From the NCBI GenBank assembly GCA_040954595.2, contig CM082598.2, forward strand, positions 3,479,154-3,543,153: a stretch of 64,000 nucleotides of DNA. The letters run 5' to 3'. Positions 59,301 to 64,000 of the stretch are shown here, piece by piece. A program made the position numbers and the translations under genes. Position 1 is the first letter of the stretch; each line of letters starts with the position of its first letter. This stretch comes from Balanoglossus misakiensis (lineage: Eukaryota; Animalia; Hemichordata). The notes below the pieces were generated by a model, which was not told where the DNA came from, searched no databases, and was given only the letters and a program-made list of their open reading frames with translations.

Positions 59301-62300
59301 GCAGAGCCCCCAGTTTCAGTTCCAGCAACAGAACCCGCAGTTGCAGCTACAAGCCCAGACGCAGCTGCAGTCGTACCAAGACGCCCAGCACCTTCAACAG
59401 CAACAGCAGCTGCAGCAGCAGCAATACCAACATGCACAGCAACACCGCCACCAGCAGACAGTGATGCAGTCAAACTATCGACAGCAGGCAACCCCCCAGC
59501 AGTATCAGAAATCTGGAAATTTCCACGAGCAGCCGAGATCCGAGTATCCCAGTAGAGGTGACGGAGGAAACACCTGGGAAATGTCCCGGTACAGCTTGGA
59601 ACAAGATCAGCCAATGGAATACGGAAAATCCCTGGAAAAGCCAGGTGCAGCCGGAGAGGGCGACTTCCACAGCAGGAATGTTCCCGCCACTGGATATGGG
59701 CAACACGAAACTCGCCATTCTGGGAAGCGCGGAGATCATCATACCAGTAAACAAGAGCAGGGGTCTTCTTCCAGGAACCATGGCGACAGACGCGACGCGT
59801 CGCCGCCGAAAGGACGCGGGGCTCAAAGCCGAGGGAAGTCATCGAGCGAGTCTCACAGCCGACACCAAGATTCCACCCGGCACAAACCACACGCGGATGA
59901 TTACAGCCGGCAGCGAGTCCCTAGTGATGACGTGGATGAAAATCAGTACGCGTATCGCCGAGATGGAGATCATAAGAAATCGGGCGGCTCTAGAGGGCGC
60001 TCTGACGCGCGTGGGGCTTCCCAAGATCAGGCAGCGCCCTTGTTCGGGGGGAGCACCAGAATCGTGGAGGTCTACAACAGAAGCCAAAAGGGCCTGGGTG
60101 TGACCGTCAAGACAGAGGCGTCGAAGTCTTCCAGGCACGTCAAAGCAGGTGGTGACAGAATCTCTGGCTATGGTGACTCGTACGTGGAAGAGAGCAGTGC
60201 GGCCTTGTTTGCGGAACCAGCCAGACGCGTGGAGTTGTACGAGAAAGCCAAGCCACCTACCAGCAGCGGGTACAAGAACCGTCCTGCATCGGACCGGTAC
60301 GAAGACCCCTTCGGAACAGCGGAAAAAGCTGGGTATGCAGACTACAACGGAAGATCTGCTGATGCTAGAGACAAGCAGTCTAGGTACAAGCGAGCTGAAG
60401 GCAGCGCTGCAGGTCTGACCGGGTTCGGAACGTCCACTGTCCACTACGAAGCATCTGCTGAGCCGCCTTCTAAAAAATCCCGCACGGTTGCGAAACCCCC
60501 ATATCAGAAAGGAGAGCCAGGCAGAGATGATAGAAGTCAACGGAGTAGAGACTTGCCTTATTCTAAACCGCAGACCGCTGCCACATCTACTCAAGTTGAG
60601 GACATCAAGAAGAAAATTGATTTGATTCACAAGAGCCTGTCGGCTGATAATCCTGACAAGGGTGCACTGTCCCAGTTATCGAAGATCCATGACATGCTCG
60701 GCAAGCTGCAGGACCAGGTCGGCGGCGGCGGTCCGGGCTCTGGCGTCGGCGAGAAGCGCCCGCAAGGAAGCCGGCATCCCAGAGATCCCAGACAAGGTGG
60801 TCGGGAACGTGCCGGGTACGCCTCCCAAGGAACCAGCGGGAGAGAGCGAGTCTCCGAGCTTGACGCCGTTCCGCTCGGCGAGCCCGGCCGCGAACTGGAG
60901 GCGGCGCTGAGCATGCGGCAGTACATCGAGACGCGGATGTCCGCGGGGGACACCGACCGGGCTCTGGCCAGTCAGTACAAGGAGATTTACGACGGCCTGG
61001 CGCAGCAGATCGGTCAGATCGAAGCTCATGGTCACTCCAGGGGGAAACCGCCTCACAGAAGAACGCAGACTTCAACGATGGCGCCAGATTTCGACCGCGC
61101 CGCTCCAGAAGTACAAACAGACTTACGAGATCAAACATCGATGCGTGAGTACAGCCAGAGTGATCCAAAACTGAATCCAGCTTTTGGTCCTGAAGATCCG
61201 TCGTTCACAAGAGAATATGGCCGCAGTGATCAAGAATTCAGGAGGGTTTACGGTCTCGATGATCCTGATACGTTAGATTACCGTCGCGATTCGTACGACC
61301 GAAGAGATAAAACCGGTTCTGGTAATCCAGCTTTTGGTCCTGCAGATCCGTCGTTCACAAGAGAATATGGCCGCAGTGATCAAGAATTCAGGAGGGTTTA
61401 CGGTCTCGATGATCCTGATACGTTAGATTACCGTCGCGATTCGTACGACCGAAGAGATAAAACCAGCTCCGGCACGCAGGCTGCGGAATCCTCAAAAACA
61501 ACACCATACCCGGAAAGCAGCAGAAAGGGAACGGAAAAACTGGAGAAGACGTCTCGGGATCATGGATATAAATCTGTGGCAAGGGATGAGGGTAGTGCTA
61601 GTTCTAATATGAAACAACTAACTGGTACTTCGTCCAGACAGACGATATCGCCTACGCCCGGCCGGGAGGAGGAAACAAGAAGGAGAAGGCAACGAAGAAA
61701 CTCCACGGTATGGTCACGATTTTCATAATTTTTCATATGCTTCATGAATACCCTGTTTTGTACTGGAATAATACATGTAGCACTAAGTTGTATTACAAAG
61801 TTCAGAAATGAAGTTGAAAGCAAACGTCATCGATTTCAAGGCCTTTTATGAAAATTTGGTAACTCAGTCATACTGGTAGATATTATTCCAGCATACCAAA
61901 CTTGGTATCCTTCCTTAATTTGTCAAATGTGTGTAGTACTTGTGTAGAAGTTTCGTTGCATTCAAATAGGTATGAAGCTGTCTTAGTGGATTCATTGGTG
62001 GTCTTTTCCCTGAAAAAGCCACGCAAATTCGAGTGACATACTTATTGTATGTGCATGTATGACGTGGTGTTTGGCCAAATTCAGAATAGCCAATGTTGTC
62101 CAGAATTAATTTCACCATCCGGCGAACCAGAAATGTTTTAGCATGAGTGGTTGTCAGCTTCGTAGTTTGGCGTACTGTCTGTGTGTCTGCGTTCACTGTC
62201 CAGTCACTAACAGTTCAGCGTTCTGTAGTTTGCAGGCCAAGCTTACATGTAGTACATGTAATGTTTACTGCACAAAGTTCAGGTTACAGACTGTGAGTGG

Positions 62301-64000
62301 GAGTATGATAGAATTAGTGTAGTTCATTTTGCATAGTATAGTATCATGATTCCAAACACAAAACGATCACCAAGCACTGTATGGGATTGCGGTCCCAGGG
62401 CCATCAACGATGAGCCGACTGATGAAATTTCCAGTGTTGTGGCCTATGGGTATGCAGATGTCTGGTCGTCGAACGGGATCATCCAGAATAATCCATGGAA
62501 GATTGATTCTTGTCAGTTACTACATTCAGGTGCCTGTGGTTCACCTGTTGAAGAAGAGACCCAACAGAGGAACTGACCAATCAAGAGCAAGCTATCAGAC
62601 CGTTTCATCTCAGCTCCTCGAACACCTCTGTGAAGTCCTGTAACCCTCCGTCGGTGTTCTTCCCAGGAATTTCAGACAAAGTATTGGCTTATATTTATAA
62701 CGATGATGATTAATTTATTCTTGGGAGAACACCACCATCCAAGTTCCACCACCACGCTTACTTTGATTCGACCCCTGTGAAACAAGATGGCCGACGTTCT
62801 CCAGGAAATGGAACCACTGCTATGGTAACATGTGGAGGGGTGATGCCGCAATTTTCTGGTCGCTTAACAGAACTGTGAAGAGATGGAGACATTGGCTCAA
62901 CAGATTGGTGTGATTGCTGATACCCTTGACCATGGAATATCCATACATGTATCCAGTATTCTTGTGTAGGGATTATCCTTGTACGTACCGGGACATGAAT
63001 AACATATTGTGTCAATGTTACCAGCTAACATCAGTGATGGCTGTGTCTACACGTTGTGGTACCAAACATATGCCTGTACAAGGATGCTGTTGGAAGCTGT
63101 GTTGTGTACACTGTGACCCAGTTCGAGTCCAGTTTGTTTCATGGACATGGATATTGGTTGAATTCATAATACACGTATGGAGTTGTCGATACAACAAGTG
63201 CTGCAGTTAAGCATTGCTGTTGGTTGATCAGGGTTGTATCTCAAACTTCATTTGATTATATTTTATGTCGCAGTTCTGTCAACATCATCCTTGTTCTTAT
63301 TGTTGTTTTCTAACATTTTTATTGTTCTGCTTTCATCCCGTGCAGAGAAATCAACATGGCGTCCTGTGCTATGTCTGTGACGAGAACTACGAAAATGTGA
63401 CAGTAAGTATATGTATAATGGATTTTGAGTGAAAATGAGCTTGTACCAGAGAAAGTGGGTCAAAGAAAAAAAACAGACTTATGTTTGTGAAGTTAGCTTT
63501 GGATACACTTAACGATAGGATTGGATAGAACATTATTGTGTTTCATTTGTATTTTGTGAATTGTTTTCATCAGGCGTATGTGGATCACCTGCAGGGGAGT
63601 TTGCACCGAAAGAACTTGGAAACCTCAAAGCACAGAAGGGTGAGTTTTTTTTTTACTTGGTTGCATAATTGCTGAACTGAGTTGGTGCTGGAAAACAGCA
63701 TACAGGAATGTGATGATTATGAATTCAGTTTTCAATGACCGTTACTCATACACGTACAAACTTTGTTCAGAAGCTCAAGACTGGATGTTTCATGATAAAG
63801 TTATCCAGAGTGGGGCAATAAGAAACCGCAGTTTGTACATGGAAAGAAACGCTGAAAAAAGCCAAAAGACAGTCAGTTCGAGGGCTTCAACATTTACTAG
63901 TGCAAATTGTATTTGCATTCCATATCATCAGTGCATAGTACACTGCGAAGATCTGACTATTTTATCCTTGTTTCATTGCAGAGAAGCGAAGAGGATATTT
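56032..64000 (+). CDS. 5' part of a matrin/U1-type zinc-finger protein with a long Q/R/S/G-rich N-terminus (possibly MATR3/RBM20/ZNF638-like)
   Basis: Exons 56032-56119, 59033-61707 (2675 bp, low complexity), 63346-63402, 63574-63639 and 63982-edge splice in frame. The small exons assemble LCYVCDENYENVT|AYVDHLQGSLHRKNL (C-x2-C-x12-H-x5-H). Family beyond 'matrin-type ZnF' is inferred from layout only. Confidence 0.8.
57150..57600 (+). mobile_element. Degenerate SF3 helicase-like fragment, possible endogenous parvo/densovirus NS1
   Basis: 57303-57440 reads MQDIYLMWNENGNKASMGDWETSMAGVLYMFASKSTHTLKIPRAPL and, after a frameshift, KIVIMDN. Order and spacing resemble Walker B (LLWNE), motif B' and motif C (RTPVIILTN). 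Stops and frameshifts present; Walker A only doubtfully visible. Confidence 0.4.
58240..58335 (+). mobile_element. piggyBac-like MITE, copy 5
   Basis: TTAACCCTTTCACCCCCA...TGGTGGTGAAATGGGTCAA in intron 1 of the zinc-finger gene. Confidence 0.78.
61174..61464 (+). repeat. Coding tandem duplication, period 150 bp (50 aa)
   Basis: NPAFGP[E/A]DPSFTREYGRSDQEFRRVYGLDDPDTLDYRRDSYDRRDKT occurs twice (61174 and 61324); one nucleotide difference seen over 141 bp. Confidence 0.95.
61900..63210 (-). mobile_element. Degenerate parvovirus-like capsid (VP) gene remnant, candidate endogenous viral element
   Basis: Collinear minus-strand motifs across stops and frameshifts: TTPYVYYEFNQYPC (63186-63145), YMYGY (62951-62937), FHFLENVGHLV (62813-62781), IW..PRHT (62080-62056), AFSGKRPP (62019-61996). 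They resemble parvoviral TPWxYFxFNQY, QYGY, FxLLENxxH, IWAKIPHT and GGFGLKHPP. Confidence 0.55.

Noticed and set aside
59048-61168. Long antisense and alternative-frame ORFs (280, 263, 187, 181 aa)
   Set aside because: Shadows of the GC-rich coding exon 59033-61707; no domain signal or splice support.

Overview
AT-rich metazoan genomic DNA with GT-AG introns; a marine invertebrate deuterostome such as a hemichordate is my guess, not provable here. No prokaryotic operons, RNA genes or CRISPR arrays were found. Nine multi-exon genes could be spliced by hand: a partial PAN-EGF-PAN-EGF-Sushi gene (-); a complete ~614-aa gene with two TSG101-type UEV domains, a Tyr/Pro motif array, a coiled coil and a C-terminal RING (+); four MS4A/CD20-like tetraspan genes (-,-,+,+); a secreted thyroglobulin-1/WAP/15xLDLa protein (+); a QPD-type C-type lectin (-); and the 5' part of a matrin/U1-type zinc-finger gene (+). 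The best candidate for a new system is the UEV-UEV-RING ligase next to tetraspan genes whose tails carry late-domain motifs (PTAPPSY, PPGY, PPSY). Second, two introns of the zinc-finger gene hold degenerate sequence resembling a parvoviral NS1 helicase (+) and capsid (-). A TTAA-flanked piggyBac-like MITE occurs five times. About 2.4-18.8 kb remains largely unexplained. All homology calls are by-eye motif recognition; no searches were run.
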